Positions 24,086-39,143 of a stretch of DNA of 64,000 nt are shown here, piece by piece. Numbering within the stretch: position 1 is the stretch's first letter; the number at the start of each line of letters is the position of its first letter. The position numbers and the translations under genes are program-made. The stretch comes from Chrysomallon squamiferum (Eukaryota > Animalia > Mollusca), in NCBI GenBank assembly GCA_012295275.1, contig CM022675.1, positions 7,440,001-7,504,000 of the forward strand, read 5' to 3'. The notes beneath the pieces were generated by a model that searched no databases, was not told where the DNA came from, and saw nothing but the letters and a program-made list of their open reading frames with translations.

Positions 24086-26639
24086 ATTATCAAACTGGTT
24101 ACTATTTATGGTGATAATTTTAGTAGTAGTAGTGTTCTAAATTTTTAATAACAATGTTTGGTATCTGTGCATCTATAAATAACAGAACAACCAAATAAAT
24201 AAATAAATAAATAAAATACATATTTTAACTTTAAAGGAAAAAACAACAACCTCTAAAACATATGGGATATTTTATTTGATCCTACTTAAATGGTCATTAA
24301 TTTAAAATCTATTAGATAAGACCAGAGAATATATTTTGTTTTCTCTGTCTTGTAAATAAATAATTTATTTACTTATTTATGTATTTTGTGCCATCATGTG
24401 ACGTCGATGTTTTACACAAACTTGTTTTCTCTCTTGTTAAACTGGTTTTTTGGAGAAAAAGATTGTTGACAGAAAAACAAAATAAATAAGTAAAGTCACA
24501 TAAACAAAGAACTGTATTATTATGTATACAGCATATTAAAAATAAAAGTATATATCTAGTGGAATGAGAAAAAAAATACTTTAGTTATTCTGCATATTTC
24601 CAAGTTAAACGTTTTTGTTTTTTGTTTAATTTTAATAAATAATGAAGTGTAAGAGGCAAAGAGTACATTTTAAACATTCTCAGGTTGTAATGTCCTTGCT
24701 CACAAGGTGAATGATTTGTTGAGTTTCTTCCAGAGTTGTCAGAAAAGAAACATCATTTATCATCCACTAAATACACAGTGATGTCACAACTCCAGTTAAT
24801 TTTTCAAAACTTTTGAAAATTGTTTTTGTTGTTGTTGTTATATGATCATTAGTAATACTACTACTATGAACCACTCCTAGTGCTACTAGTATTATCATCA
24901 CCGTTATTATTATTACTATTACTACTAGTACTGTTACGAATATTATTTATTTTATGATTACTACTACTAATACTCCTACTTTTACTACAACTACTACTAC
25001 TACTACCATTTCTGTTATTATTGTGCTTGTTGTTGTTGTTGTTAATGTTATTGTTATTGTTATTGTTATTGTTATCGCTATTGCTATTGCTATTGTTATT
25101 GCTATTGCTATTGCTATTGTTATTGCTATTTATTTATTTATTTATTTATTTATTCAGTTATTTATTTTATTTTTTTTATTTTTTTGTTGCATTTTCTTCA
25201 GAAAATAGTGTCTGTTATGGCTAATAACTCAGATACAGTAACTGTAATAATAGGATTTAAAAAAATGTTATAAGTTGACCAAGTAAAGAAATCTTGAGTT
25301 TTTCTTTCTGCCCTTCCAGTTCACTCAGTTTGAACACAGGTTTGTTTGTTCAAGTCTGGTGTTTGCTGAATGGTCTGCTGTGCAGGTGTATAATTGGGGT
25401 ACCCTAGGGTGTGCACACAGTGATTTTCTTAAAACCTTTTTTTTTTTCTTTTAATAAATGCTTGTATTGTGTTGAATTTTAAGTTGATAGTAAGTAAAAG
25501 AAATAAATCACTGAATTATTTTTTTAATGCAGTTATTATCATTAACGTTATTATTGTTGTATTATTATTATATTATTATCATCATCATTATCACTGTTAT
25601 TGTTATTATTATTATTATTAATATTATATTTTATTTTACTATTTTTTAAATTTTGTTTTAATAAAAAGAGGGTGCAGAAATGTAGAAGGAAAATAAAGAA
25701 CAAGTAAAACTGAAATTCACGATATATTTCATTATTTTATTGTATATATATATTTTTATTTATTGTTGAAATTTTTATTTATTTATTGTTGTTATTTTTG
25801 TAATTATTAAAACAGTTGTAATTACTGTTATTATTTCTTGCAGTACTACTGGCTATTATTATTATTATCATTATTATTACTACTACTACAACTGCTGCTG
25901 CTGCTGCTACTACAACAACTGGGCCATTATTATTATTATTGTTATTATTATTATTATTATTATTATTTCAGTCGTTCATTCATATATTTCAAGCATGGAT
26001 ACACAAACATTACACATAAAAAAAAAAAAAAATCTTCTTATTTGAATTGCGTTTCATTTTGTATAGGAAGAGCTTACATAGGTATTTTTTCTATTGTCGC
26101 TGAAAATATCAAATAGCTTGACCTATGTCATGTTTCATTCATACTTTATTCAAGAAAAGTCCACAGATAAAGAGAGCATTGTGTGTGGATTTTGTATTTG
26201 ACAGTACAGCGATTCTAGCGATAGCTTAGGCAAAAATGATGTGAGGATAATGTATCGTAATTCCGTACAATATCAATGTTCACACAATGTCTATTTTTTT
26301 AAAAATCTCTCTTCAGTTTAGTTTTCTTACATCTTGTTTTTCAAAATTTGTTTACTTTTGTGAGCGTCTTTTTTCTGTTTTTCTGTGTGTGTGTGTGTGT
26401 GTGTGTGTGATATAATTTCATACATTATCACACAACAGCTTGTTTTCAAACTCTTGTTTACAGTTCAGTTTTTGTTATAAAACTGTTTACATCGGTGAGT
26501 GTCTTTTGTTGGAAATACAGGTTGTGTTGTCAAACAGCAAAAATTCTCTTATCACGTATTCATTATATTGTTTGTGTTTTGAAATTTGGCATACCTGAAA
26601 AGTGTGTCATTTGTACGTATGCATGAATATATGTAAATA

Positions 26640-26676
26640 CTATGTATGTATGTATGTTTGTATATATGTATATATG

Positions 26677-26710
<34 letters not shown>

Positions 26711-27640
26711 TGTATGTATGTGTGTATGTATGTATGTATGTATGTATGTATATATGAGTTTGTTTGTGTATTTGTATGCATGCATGCTTCTAAATATGTT
26801 TATCTCTGTATTTCTCTACATGTATGCTGACCTCTGTTTACGGTATATGTATGTAAATGTCTATAAATGCGTGTGCATGTCTGTGAATAAAGTAGATTGT
26901 GTGAACTGAAAAGATCAATAACATTCTCTCCGATGAGTCAAACATTTGAATTAAGATTTACATCTGCTGAAGGTTATCTGGCTGAAACATGTCGGAACAT
27001 TAGTCAGGAAAGAGTTGATCTGTCCATCTCAGATATCCCAGATTAATTCTGTGTACTCGCTGATATGTGATCCCACTACCTTCTATTCTTAAAGCTGTAA
27101 GCTTGACTGTTATACTGTTGGAGTTACTTTCATTAAAGCATGTTGTTAGTTAAATATATTTTTATTTAGGTGTACCTTGCATATGGTTATGTCTACATAC
27201 ATACATACATACATACATACATACATACATACATACATACATACATAAGTGCATATATATATATATATATTTATTTATTTATTCTATTTAATTATTTTTA
27301 TTATTAATTTTTCTTATTTTTTGTTGCTTTTTCAATATATACATCAGATACATACATACACACACATACATACCTACATACATACATATACACACACACA
27401 CACACTATACACATACACACACACACATACATACATATACATACATACACACATACATACATACATACACACATACACACATACATACATACACACACAC
27501 AGATACATACATACATATATACATACATGCATACATAAATATATACATACATACATACATACATTCATTCATACATACATACATACATACATACATACAA
27601 ACGTACATACATACGTACATACATACGTACATACATACAT
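26640..27640. repeat. (TATG)n and (CATA)n microsatellite blocks in opposite orientation
   Basis: TATG runs at about 26640-26790 and CATA/CACA runs at about 27194-27247 and 27340-27640. Confidence 0.9.
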
Positions 27641-30258
27641 ATATATCATAATTTTAAAAACTTCTGATCTTTCACCCAAGACCTTCATCACAAATTAACA
27701 TCACAAAGTTAACCATCACTAACAAATCAGAGCTCACATTTAACCTAACATCAGTTATCTAGTCAAATTACATCACATTCCATTCTATCAGATGATTCTA
27801 AGAAATCAAGTTAATATCAAACTAAGGAATGTTGTCAGACTGACAGATAGATGGGTCTGAGATAAATTTCAAATCAAATGACAAATCTCTGAAATGAGAT
27901 GACATAAGATGTGAAGTAAGTTCTCAGAGAATTATGACACGAGCTGTAACATTGCAGTGATGAATGGAGCAGTCTGATTGGCTGATAGCGCACTGACAGG
28001 TGAAATACAGCCAATGATTTGTGAGCTTTCTTAGTTCCACGTGGAACTAGCAAAGAAGAAGAGAAAACGACAAAATCCCTGTAAATTGTCACAGATTCAT
28101 ACTCATCCATATACTTGAAGAAAAAAAAAAGAGAAATGCATGCACACATGCATGCACACACACACACACACAATGTTTTTATTTTTACAGTATTATTATT
28201 CATGAAAAAACAAAACTTTTTTTTTTTTTTTTTTTTTTTTGTCCCTAATATAAATATGTTTATGGAACTTTGACAATAAAAAAAAAAAAAAAAAAAAAAA
28301 AATATCAATTTCATTATCATGTTACTATAGCTAACAATAAAAAAAAAAAAAAAAAAAAATATTTGTGTTGTATAATGTTATCAAAAACCATTTGCCAGCC
28401 TGGAGTAATTCCTGGGGGCCAATTAAGAGTAAAAGGTGGTAAAACCATGACTTTCCCCTCCCTCGGGACTGTTTTTAGTGCTTGGTTATTGATGTGTGGC
28501 CTTGCCTGGCTATAATTAATTATATACAGATTAAAATGCATTATGGCCATAAGCATACGTTTGTCTAATAAATGACGAATATTTCTTGAATATTATTAGT
28601 TGTTGTTGTTGAGTATTGTGCCTTGTCAGTTATTAAATTTATTACATGAAAACCCTTTTTAATAAAATGAAATAATTAAATGCTCGTTTATTTTAGTTAT
28701 ATAAATATATTATTGCCATGTATTGGGTCAGTTGAATAAAATAAAATAAAAAAATCCAAAAATAGTCAATAATGAAGTAAAAATTGATTCAGTTCTCCAT
28801 GAAATAGCTATAAAACCAGAAATCTTTCCCAAATTAAAAACCAAAAAATAAGCGACACAAAGAAAACAAGCAAAAAATAACAAAAACAAAAACAAAAAAC
28901 CCTTTTTAATTTGTTTATCAGAGGCAGCAGGATCAAAACTCAGCTTATCAATCAGTCTCTATTTCCCAATACAACAAGTACTCTTTACTTTCTTTTGTAT
29001 ATCAAGATGCATATAGTACTACTACTACTACTACTTCTACAACAACTACAACTACTACAACTACTTCTGCTGCTTTTGCTTCTACTTCTTCAACCACACC
29101 ACCACCATCACCACTACATCCACTACTGCATCGCTATTTGAAGGTGGTGATCAATTCTAGAACACTGACTTCTCAAACAGTCTTTTCAAAGCTGTTGCAG
29201 AAATTAAAAAAAAATACTTCAAAAACTCTTAACTCTATAAAAACTAAAAATCAATTCAAACAAAAGCCTAAGTCATGTAATATATTTATAAACACAAATA
29301 TTTTCTTACACAGTTTTTTTTGGGGGGGGTTTAACTTGAATTACATTTCGTGGTACTAAGTAGTGTCACTTTGATATACTTCGTGTTTATGTTTGAAATA
29401 AAATCACATCTTGGAGTATTTTCACCAGTTACTTGTACAAAATGAGTTGATGTGTTATTAGATGTAGGGCATCTGGGTTTTTTTTTTGTTTTTTTGTTTT
29501 TCGTTTTGAAATCTTAGAGTTACAGATTGTTAACAGTGCTTAATGTTTATTTGTAAAAAAACAAACACTTGAGACAGAACTTGTAATTTTAGAAAATGAA
29601 ATTAAATATTTACTTGTGTTTTAATGGTGCTTTAACTTCTAACACACACACAGACAAACACACACAGATACACACACACATAGATACACAAACTCTCACA
29701 CACACTTACACACACACACACACACAAAAACACTCACACACATGCTAACAGACACAATTACAGAAACATGTACATACACAAATACATACATATATACACA
29801 CATTTAAGTGAAATTACTTCATTTCCACAATTTCTCAAATGTTTTCCCATCATACTCAGAGTAAATGTTATATTCTTGTGTACAAGTACATATCATCTTA
29901 TGTAACTTATTTATTTTTTTATACACATCTGATACTTTTGTCAAAAGAACTATTTCCAAGAATAAAACCTTTATTTTTATTTTTTTTTTTTTTTTTTTTT
30001 TTTAAGAAGAAAAATGTAAACAACCCTTAGATTCACATTCCAGAAACCATTTTAACTACAGAAACTAACTCTTGAATTTATGTCTTTCTTTTATCTTCTT
30101 ATATCTGACTTTTATTTTGTTAAAGATGAGGTAAAAAAGAACTGTATTTCATATAGTAAACATTGCCAGGGGCCATCAGCTGACAACTCTGACACAGGCA
30201 ACATAAAATGTTACAACACTGAGACAGATTACATGTAGGTGTAACTACCTTTGTATTA

Positions 30259-30311
<53 letters not shown>

Positions 30312-30407
30312 TACGTATATATAAATACATGTGTGTATATATGTTGTCTATATATTTGAGTGTATATATATGTGTATGTGTACATATGCGTGTGTATATA
30401 TGTATGA

Positions 30408-30444
<37 letters not shown>

Positions 30445-30705
30445 CATATATATTTAAAGCAAGGTATATGTATTATATATATATAGATCATATTAGCAAG
30501 AATTGTATACTATTATATAAATATATATAAGAACTAAATTAACATACAGAGATATAATAAAAAAAATATCAACAATATTATACATAATACAGTGATCATT
30601 TTGGATATTTTGTTGTTGTGGTGGTGGTAGTAGTAATAGTAGTAGTAGTAGAAATAGAACTAGTAATAATAACAGAATAATGGTGATAGTTTTCTCTTTT
30701 TCTAT

Positions 30706-30738
<33 letters not shown>

Positions 30739-32174
30739 GCCTACAGACACATCTATACACATATATATATATATATATATTTTTATTTTTTTCTATCTTA
30801 TTTTCTCATTAATAATTTTATATGATCCTTCTTATTTCCTTCTTATACTGATTTCATCATCATCATCATCATTATTTTTATTATTTTTATACATTTAAAT
30901 TAATGCACTCACATATGTAGACACATACATACATCACATATATATACATCACATACATACATCACATACATATACATCACATACATACATCACATACAGA
31001 TGTAACCACAAAGTTGGTAGACAACCAAACTCACTGTGATGTGATGCTGTGATATTTAACAGGATTCTGTATCACTTACACAGTTTTACAAAGCACAAAG
31101 CAGGTAACCTTTGTTTTTTGTTTGTGTAGACAGGTGTTTTGCAGGTGCTTCACATTTAGTGAGGTAATTAAAGTTAATCTAATCTAATTATTAATATTAA
31201 AAAAAAAAGCAGAAACCAGAACATGAGAACATGTGATATTAATAATAATGAAACATAAAACAGACACATGCTTGTTGTATGTTCATGTGCATACACGCAC
31301 ACACATATCCACATATAATGTACATACATGCATAAACATAAATAAACATATGTACATATAAAGAAATGTACATATACAAAAATATATGCATGCATGTACA
31401 TACACATACATACACACACACTAGGACATATGTGAATGACAAACACACACTTGGGTCACATGTCAATTAACACACACAAACACAAACTCAAATCTGCACA
31501 TGCACTGAGTAAACACATGCAATTTTCAAGCCATCCTCTATCAAAACAAACAGCAGAGTGACCCAAAACTGCTAAAATAAACATCTATCTGGTGTCGATA
31601 TAACATGATTTATAACTTGATAACGTTTTCATCACCATTGAAAGAAAGAAAAAAGCTGTCATCAGATTCCATTGTTTGTTAATCCATTATACTGCAGCAT
31701 CAGGACACAGCATCATGTGAGTTAAACAGGTTTATTATTGGACATCTGTAAACAGAACTTTGTCTGAATATATTCAGGTGGTGCATGTGAAGAGTAGATA
31801 TTGCAGAAAGTGCTGCCCAGCACAATCAGGATTGCTCTTGTGTAGAAAATGTGGAAGGTAGATAGCAGAAAAATGATACATACCCCGCAAACAGAATTTT
31901 TCTGTATCATAAATAGGTATATGGAAAGTAGATAGCAGAAAAATGATACTGAAAAATAGTAGAAAATGTTACACAGCACCATGTCGAATTTGACTGTTTA
32001 AAACAGAGGTGTAGGGAAAGTAGAAAATACTATATAAAATACAGGTATAATTTGTCTATTTAAAAAAGGTATATAGAAAGAAAATGCTATTAAAATAGCA
32101 CAAGTAGATTATGTTGCTTTTTAAAATACCTACTGTTTGGTAGTAAAAATAGGTAGCAGAATTTCTGTTTTTCA

Positions 32175-32530
32175 AAAAGGTATATAGAATGTAGATAGCA
32201 GAACAAGGTATACAGCACATATAGAATTTCTCTATTTAAAAAAGGTATATAGAATGTAGATAGCAGAACAAGGTATACAGCACATATAGAATTTCTCTAT
32301 TTAAAAATGGTATATAGAATGTAGATAGCAGAACAAGGTATACAGCACATATAGAATTTCTATATTTAAAAAAGGTATATAGAATGTAGATAGCAGAAAA
32401 TGCTATACAGCACATAGAATTTCTATATTTAAAAAAGGTATACAGAATGTAGATAGCAGAAAATACTATATAGCACATACAGAATTCCTCTATTTAAAAA
32501 AGGTATACAGAATGTAGATAGCAGAAAATG
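32175..32530. repeat. 65-bp minisatellite, ~5.5 copies, with a degenerate extension upstream to ~31855
   Basis: GGTATA(T/C)AGAATGTAGATAGCAGAA recurs at 32179, 32244, 32309, 32374, 32437 and 32502. Confidence 0.95.
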
Positions 32531-32973
32531 CAGGGTAGCTCTGTCAGGGCAAGGGAACTCTGGAGCTGACAGGATCAATATAGATCATTGATTAGTCATA
32601 AGGAAATGTGGTTTGTAGTGTTTATCCTTTGTATCTACTAGACTATCTTACCTGTTCCTTCATATGCTGCTTGTCTGGTATTGAATATCTGTAAACAGAA
32701 TTTCACTGTGTGGAGTGTGTGTGTGTAGAATAGTTGGCAAAAAATGTTATATAGATACAGATTGAAGAAAGAAAACCTTTCTGCAGAAAGAATAAAAAGA
32801 AAAATAAGAAAAATAAGAAAGAAAGAAAAGATATGATAATGGTGTCTGTGTATATTTATAGATGATCTGTCTGATACCAAGAAAGCCTTTCTGCTTTTTT
32901 GCGCCTTGTTATTGTTAAACATTCATTAATTTATTTATAGATAATATAGGTAAATACATATATGTGTGCATAT

Positions 32974-33032
<59 letters not shown>

Positions 33033-33622
33033 TATACACACACAAACACATACAAATACATTCTATAAAATACACTTAATTTCCAGGTACATAATATTTA
33101 ACGCGCATATGCATACATTTTATAAAATGCACTTAATTTCTAGGTACATAATATCAAATGCGCATATGCATATATATATATACACACACAGACACACATA
33201 TATGTATATTATTGATATTTGCATGCACAAACTACACTGTGACTGCTAATACACTAAGCAGGTTATTGATGTTACAATCCAGCATCTGTTTACATTGCTG
33301 TCTATGAGTCATTCGTGGTCAAGGGGCAGATAACTGAGGATACACTGGATGACACATGTGGATGTTTTGCAGGTGGTCTGGGTGTGGGTAGAGAAAAAAA
33401 AAGAATGTAACCTTTTCTTGACTAGTAACATTTATTTACTAACAGTGTGGTTCTGTAAGTGCAAGTGGCTGCATACTTTGGCTGTTTTTGTGTCAGTGGT
33501 GCATATTTGTGATGTAAAATATAGGAGAGAGAAAAAATTTTTGTTTTTGTTTTTGTTTTTGGTTGTGAAATATAGGTGAAACAAATTGTATATTTTATTT
33601 TTATTTATGTAAAATATAGGAG

Positions 33623-33661
<39 letters not shown>

Positions 33662-35013
33662 GAGAGAAATAAATGTATATTATTTTCTTAATTTTTGTTT
33701 TAAAATTTTTTGAAATTTTTTCGGGGTAAAATGTTAAAAAAACATTTTGATAAAATAATGAAAACATTAATATTCTTCATATAATAATTATTATTGTTAT
33801 TGTTATTGTTATTAAAATACTGGTTCATTTAACAACTTTATCAGAAACATTTAGTAGTAATAATAATAATTTTCTTCATTACCTTCTTGTTTTTGTTGTT
33901 CTTATTAAAATTTATAGTAGCATTATACGCTTACTGTTACAGTGTGTTTATTTTTATTTACTTGGTACTAATGATATACACTTTTGCACTCACATTTAAA
34001 TGTAATTAATAAATATTTATAAAAGCAGCCTATTCAATGCATATTTATAATGAATATCTTCTCTTATTCAAAGTATAAAATCAATTTATTTCATCTTACT
34101 TGAATTTCAGACAATATTAGTAATTATTGTGATATAATAAAGCTTTACAACCATTCATTTCTAAAAATGGAATAATTTTGCCTAGAGTCTGGTTGATTCT
34201 GCAGTTGAAGGGAAATAACTCTTGTAGCCACATTAAAGAATCCAATAGGTCACAGAAGTTAAGAATCTTCATCTCCTATAGAGATTTTGCATCACAGCTA
34301 CATCATGTCTAGAACTTAAAACAAATTTTTGTCTTGAATTATTAGTCTCAGTAAAACATTGTCAATGTTAATTGCTAAGACCATAACACAAACATATTTT
34401 ATCTGTTATTACAAGTTAAGATTCTGTGCAGATAATTGAGGATGCTTTGAGCTTGTTTGAAAATAAAAAATAATTTCCAAGAGGTTTACCATTTACACAG
34501 ACCATCTAGACAGCAGATAAAAAAAGATATTTACACTGCAGATGTTAAAATTTTCTACATGTAGCATCATTGTCATTATTTCATTTTTTTTTTTTCTCTT
34601 TTTTTGTTTGTTTTCTCTCTTGTGCATAATAAATATTTTTTTAATTTATTTATTATTATTATTATTTTATTTTTTTTTTTTATTGTTCGTTTTAATAACT
34701 AGTAATGGCAGTATTAAAAAAAAAAAAAAAAAAGAAAATGAATAACTCTTGAGAATTCAATATTAAAAAAAAATTAATTTAAAAATATTTGGTTTTGTTT
34801 ATTAAGTTTTGCATAAGCTGTATTTTATAATAATAATAATAATAATAATCCAACAGATTTGTTTAATAAGTACATGCATAGTCTCTATAGCAGCTAACAG
34901 AAATTAGTTATTGCCATGGAAACAACTGTAGTTTTTAATTCTTTGAAGATTTTGTTTGAGAAAAAATGTTAATAATAAAAATGCTTTGTGGATATCTGTG
35001 TAGATTTTGTTGT

Positions 35014-35044
<31 letters not shown>

Positions 35045-35339
35045 AAAAAAAAAAAAAAGAATCAAAGATGGATGTGTTTGTAGAATGTCTTATCTGTATT
35101 CATACATTCCCAAGATAATCAGATTTGAAAAATACACATATATCCAGCAGTGAAGGATGTTCTTCCTGGCTTGTTCTTCAAGAAAAAAAGAAAAAAAAAA
35201 AAACCTGCAGTATATTTGTTTTTTGTGAAAATGGCGCTAAAGCAATTATTTATTGAATGAATTCCATAAATGAAAGATTTTAGTTTTCAAAGGAATATAT
35301 GGTTTGAAATGTCATATTTAAAGAAAAAAAAAAAAAATA

Positions 35340-35928
35340 TTCTAAATTGAAAGTAGGCAAATAATGTATATAGTTCTAAATGTGAAGTCTAGAAATAAAG
35401 CATACAGTTCTAAATGTGAAGTGTACAAATAAAGTATACAGTTCTAAATGTGAGGTTTACAAATAAAGTATACAGTTGTAAATGTGAAGTGTACAGATAA
35501 AGTATACAGTTTTAAATGTGAAGTGTACAGATAAAGTATACAGTTCTAAATGTGAAGTGTACAAATAAAGTATACAGTTCTAAGTATGAAGTGTACAGAT
35601 AAAGTAGTGAGTTCTAAATGTGAAGTGTACAGATAAAGTATACAGTTCTAAATGTGAAGTTTACAAATAAAATATACAGTTCTAAATGTGAAGTGTACAA
35701 ATAAAGGACTGAGTTCTAAATGTGAAGTGTACAAAATAAAGGACTGAGTTGTAAATGTGAAGTTTACAAAATAAAGTACTGAGTTGTAAATGTGAAGTTT
35801 ACAAAATAAAGGACTGAGTTGTAAATGTGAAGTTTATAAAAATAAAGGACTGAGTTGTAAATGTGAAGTTTACAAAATAAAGTACTGAGTTGTAAATGTG
35901 AAGTGTACAAAATAAAAGAGTTCTAAAT
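35340..35928. repeat. 34-35-bp minisatellite, ~17 copies
   Basis: Unit GTTCTAAATGTGAAGTGTACAAATAAAGTATACA. Later copies switch to a ...AAAATAAAGGACTGA variant. Confidence 0.95.
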
Positions 35929-37036
35929 GCAGGCATGTGAGATTAGGAGGTGGGTTTACTTAGTGCTTGGAGATAAAACTTGATTTATTTTCTGACCTGG
36001 TGGTGTGCATTTTTATTAACCCTGACTTCATTTGCCGCCACATGCTTGATAAGATGACAAACTAGCGAGATAAAAACCTGATAAAAATCTGTAGTTTAAA
36101 GCTTCACTGGATGAATGGTTGAGGGAACAGAGGTTAAAAACTCTTTTTTTCACAAGTCTGAGATGGTAATGCTGGTTATACTTAGAATGAAAGAAGTGCT
36201 TTAATCAAAGGTTCTTTGATGTCAAACGGAGAATACAGTTCAAGAATGGCACCCACAGCAGAACTGCTTCAATCAGAATGGCACCAAAACAGTTGGGAAG
36301 AAATGGAGCTTAAAGATAATGAGAAGAAATCTTTTGACTTCAAACACAAACATACAGATATACAGACATGGAATATACAAACATGCAGACATACAGTATA
36401 CAGATATACAGACATGGAATAAACAAATAATCAGACATACAATATACAAACATTGACATGCAATATACAGACATACAGTTTCATATACACACATGCATAC
36501 ATATTTAATATTTACAGAAACATAAACACATACATACATAGTTACAGACACATATTCATGTACACACACAAGCATAGAATGTTTTGTTTTTGCCTTTTAT
36601 ATGAATAGATTAATGAGCTCTTCATTTTTCATTTTTCTCCATTATAAAAAAAAGAGAAATTATTATAATTATTATTATTGAAATACTAAAGATGAACAAC
36701 ATATAAACTTACACATCGATAAAAACAAATCCCATTTAACAATGCATATAATTTTAACATTAAACAAAAAAAGAGTTAAATTTAAAAAATGTAGATGTAT
36801 AAACAATAAATAAATAAATACATAAATAGAAATTTAAATAAATAATAATAACAACAATATAATAATAATAATAATAATAATAATACTATAACAATAATAA
36901 TCATCATCATTATAATCATAACAATTAATATAAACACAAAAAAAACCCCACACAATCTGTCGCCTTCATTAACTCATTCACATTCAAAAAGCAGAAAAAA
37001 AAAAAAAAAACATCATAGCATCCTTTTTTCATTTAG

Positions 37037-37049
37037 AGGTCAAAGGTCA
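37037..37049 (+). promoter_or_regulatory. Perfect DR1 nuclear-receptor element AGGTCA-A-AGGTCA
   Basis: Exact direct repeat of AGGTCA with a 1-nt spacer, at the head of a GC-richer block with several CAGGTG E-boxes. Confidence 0.45.
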
Positions 37050-37284
37050 GATGATGGAGGCCGTTAGTTTCAGGTGTTTGGTGACGTGAAGTGACAGGTG
37101 TTTTTTTATCAGTGTTGATAAACGGGACCGTCCCACGTCCTGCTGTATCCCAAGTTTAAATCAGTGCGGCCCACTTGGAAATGTGATTGCGACCTGGTTG
37201 GTGTACCTTGGAATGGTGTGGAGGCAAGCACATTTTAGCCAGGTGTGCAGCAGAAAAATTAAGAATTAATAATAAGCATGTTGC

Positions 37285-37735
37285 AGAGCTGCGGATTAGT
37301 GGATTAGTTGGCGTGAATTTGTTTTCAGAGCCGTGGATTAGTGGGTGTTAACCCATCGAGAATAGTGGATTAGTTGGCGTGTATTTATTTCCAGAGCTGT
37401 GGATTAGTGAGTACCTCTTGGGACAGTGGATTAGCATGTCTCAGAGCTTGTGGATTAGTGTATTTATTTTCGCTGCTGTGGATTAGTTGGCATATTCTCA
37501 TAGCTTTTTGGAATACTGGATTGGTTAGCACATTTCAGAACAGTAAATTAGTTGGTATCTTGGAATAGTGTATTTTAATTAGCATTTTTCGTCAGTGGAT
37601 TGATTAGCGTATTTTGAAAAAGTGGATTAGTATATTTCAGAATAGTGGATCAGCTTGCATTTTGGAGCATATTTCAGTACTGAATTACTAGTATTTTGGA
37701 ATAGTGGATAAATAGCTTACTTTAAAACAGTGATT
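37285..37735. repeat. Degenerate tandem repeat with GTGGATTAG core
   Basis: More than ten gtggattag(t/c)-like motifs at irregular ~25-35-bp spacing. Confidence 0.75.
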
Positions 37736-37964
37736 GCTGAATTGGATCAGTTGTGTTTCTTAATAATATTAAGAATTTATTTTGTTGTACATATTTATTA
37801 TTATTTTTTGTTTTGGTGCAAACCTCAGCTGTCTACCTGGACATATTACCTGTTAGAACAACACATTTATCTTAAATATTTCCATCACTTAGTATGAAGA
37901 TCATGTTTTCTGTAACCATGTTTTTAAAACAATTAGTTAAGTGATGTTGTTACAGTGTACAAAA

Positions 37965-38350
37965 TCATGCTGGTATGTATCAAAACACCATTTGTGTTTT
38001 TTTTTTTTTTTTTTTTAATTCTTTAGTAACCTTGAAGATGTTGGAAAGACAGTTATGTATCAAATATTCATGTTTTTATATCAATTATTTATATAATAGT
38101 ATTTCAGTATATAGAATTATACCAGTATATAATCAAAACACCATTTTCTTTATTTTTCTGAGTAACCTTGAAGATGTTGGAACCACAGTTATGTATCCAA
38201 TATTCATGTTTTTATATCAATTATTTACATAATAGTATTCCAGTATATAGAATTACACTGGTATATAATCAAAACACTATTTTCTTTATTTTTCTGAGTA
38301 ACCTTGAAGATGTTGGAACCACAGTTATGTATCCAATATTCATGTTTTTA
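37965..38350. repeat. 136-bp tandem repeat, ~2.8 copies
   Basis: AACCTTGAAGATGTTGGAA at 38028, 38164 and 38300. Confidence 0.95.
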
Positions 38351-39095
38351 ACTGCTCTGTCTAATTACACTAGGACAGGTCACAAGAAATTGGCTGCCAG
38401 ATCTGATATCAGCATTTTCATCCACTGAATCTGATTGTTAAGATAACCTTGAAATTGCACTTTGGAACTGTGCTTGTATGTACCATACTCGCATTAGTAA
38501 CATGTATATAACATAATAGCTGTATTTTGGAATTGTGTTTGTATGTTCCATATAACAATGGTAACAAATCTGTATTTTGGAACTGTTTATGTGTGTCTCC
38601 CCATATACAGTAGTAACACACATAACATAATATCTGTATTTTAGAACTGTTTATATATGCCCCATACAGACAAAAAAAAAATATATATATGCAAATACAA
38701 TGTGTATTTTGGAACAGTACTTGTATATCCCATACATACATTAATAACAATGGCAAATATCCATCGATATACACAACCCAATACTTCTAACGATTCTAGT
38801 ATATTCCACAACCACATTTTGCTGCCAGTGACCATATTGATTACCTTAACATTCTGCTCGTGTTTTTAATCCAGATTTTCGTGTCAACTGTACCTAACAG
38901 TTTATAGTGAGTGTATATCATAATAATAATAATGATGATGATGTTGATGTGTCCACTAGAGATAACCTTGTAACAGAACTTCAGGAATAACGGTGACAGA
39001 AAATACAGCCTGCTGTTTGCTGTTTGTTATAGATCTATATATATTATGTTGATATACTAGCTCAGAGCATCTGATACCAGAACATACCATGAAGC

Positions 39096-39143
<48 letters not shown>

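Noticed and set aside
26552-27698. MYVC/HTYI repeat ORFs
   Set aside because: Products of (TATG)n/(CATA)n microsatellites, as are those at 30120-30457, 40583-40955 and 44846-45298.
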